This document shows, piece after piece, positions 63,517 to 64,000 of a stretch of DNA of 64,000 nt. The stretch is taken from assembly GCA_964519505.1 (NCBI GenBank), contig CAZFJX010000005.1, forward strand, positions 20,743 through 84,742, given 5' to 3'. Numbering within the stretch: the first letter of the stretch is position 1; each line of letters starts with the position of its first letter. The position numbers and the translations under genes are program-made. The DNA is from an uncultured Desulfurococcales archaeon. Its GTDB lineage: Archaea > Thermoproteota > Thermoprotei_A > Sulfolobales > CAZFJX01. The notes under the pieces were generated by a model. It did not search any database. It saw only the letters and a list, made by a program, of their open reading frames with translations, and was not told the DNA's origin.

Positions 63517-64000
63517 TCAATAACTTTTTAATAACTCAACTAAAGTTATCCCTATGGCCCCCTCACTTAACATCTCATTAATAGCTTTTTCAACATCCCC
63601 TGGATTAACATCAACTCCCTTAATACCGTCAAGCAGTAGGAGTACTGTATAGCCTAGTCTTAAACCATCAAGTACCGTAGCTTTGACGCAGTAATCCGTA
63701 GCTACACCACCGATGAATAGTCTCTTAATGCCGTACTCCTTAAGGACTTTATCTAGGTTAGTAGCTTCAAAACCACTATAAGCCTCCTTATCAGGTTCTG
63801 TAGCCTTGGAAATTACTACAACGTCCTTAGGTAATTTAAGATCTGGATGAAACTCAGCGCCTTTAGTCCCTTGAATACAGTGTGGTGGCCAAGGGCCGCC
63901 CCTAGTCTTGAATGATATGTGGTTTGGTGGGTGCCAGTCTCTAGTGGCTATTACCTTAAGGTTCTTAGATTCGAATAAGGCTATGTACTTATTAAGTGTT
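63517..64000 (-). CDS. pncA: Nicotinamidase/pyrazinamidase (isochorismatase family), C-terminal part; 5' end beyond the window
   Basis: Not in the ORF track because it is truncated. My reverse translation gives ...IATRDWHPPNHISFKTRGGPWPPHCIQGTKGAEFHPDL...KRLFIGGVATDYCVKATVLDGLRLGYTVLLLLDGIKGV...LLKSY*, with the stop (tca in plus sense) at 63517-63519. Confidence 0.85.
   Translation of the reverse strand, partial: TLNKYIALFESKNLKVIATRDWHPPNHISFKTRGGPWPPHCIQGTKGAEFHPDLKLPKDVVVISKATEPDKEAYSGFEATNLDKVLKEYGIKRLFIGGVATDYCVKATVLDGLRLGYTVLLLLDGIKGVDVNPGDVEKAINEMLSEGAIGITLVELLKSY

Noticed and set aside
1-64000. Search for mobile elements, integrases, transposases, CRISPR arrays, cas genes, rRNA and tRNA genes across the window.
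   Set aside because: None could be supported. No ORF has transposase, integrase or Cas motifs, no repeat-spacer arrays were seen, and no GC-rich structured-RNA-like segments were seen apart from the small C/D candidate. The TA pairs are the only mobile-type modules.

Overview
This 64-kb window looks like chromosomal DNA from a crenarchaeal thermophile, possibly a Thermoproteales-type organism such as Caldivirga or Vulcanisaeta. That assignment is inference from gene content and style only: many GTG/TTG starts, short or absent leaders, T-tract terminators, Thr/Pro-rich stalks on surface proteins, an Agl24-like glycosyltransferase, and abundant HEPN/MNT pairs. The window is densely coding on both strands. 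I found no rRNA, convincing tRNA, CRISPR array, transposase or integrase. Content: (1) an operon led by a wHTH-STAND-TPR ATPase, followed by Roadblock/LC7, V4R, Roadblock-zinc-ribbon-membrane and PATAN-like proteins; (2) four ABC systems (NitT/TauT-like with a DUF364 partner, ABC-2 exporter, CUT1 sugar importer, Fe3+-type importer); (3) an extracytoplasmic thioredoxin-DsbD fusion next to the ABC-2 exporter and a membrane-anchored BtrH/C39-like cysteine-peptidase-fold protein; (4) four HEPN/MNT toxin-antitoxin-like pairs and one VapBC pair; (5) a sulfate-activation cluster (cysC, two RHH paralogs, sat, DHH phosphoesterase) split by the VapBC cassette; (6) housekeeping genes (thiC, proC, cutA, pncA, myo-inositol-1-phosphate synthase, family III CoA-transferase, nucleotide-sugar dehydrogenase); (7) several surface-anchored proteins with Thr/Pro-rich stalks, two of which share a perfect 65-bp inverted repeat bracketing the Fe3+-type ABC operon; (8) a decayed region with a ChrB-like pseudogene (two in-frame TAG codons) and a multiply frameshifted MFS pseudogene, plus two ORF-poor stretches of about 0.8 and 1.06 kb; (9) a candidate C/D box sRNA at 59707-59770. 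The most system-like novelty candidate is the STAND-Roadblock-V4R cluster at 2737-7865. All family calls rest on motifs I read in the translations. No database search was run.
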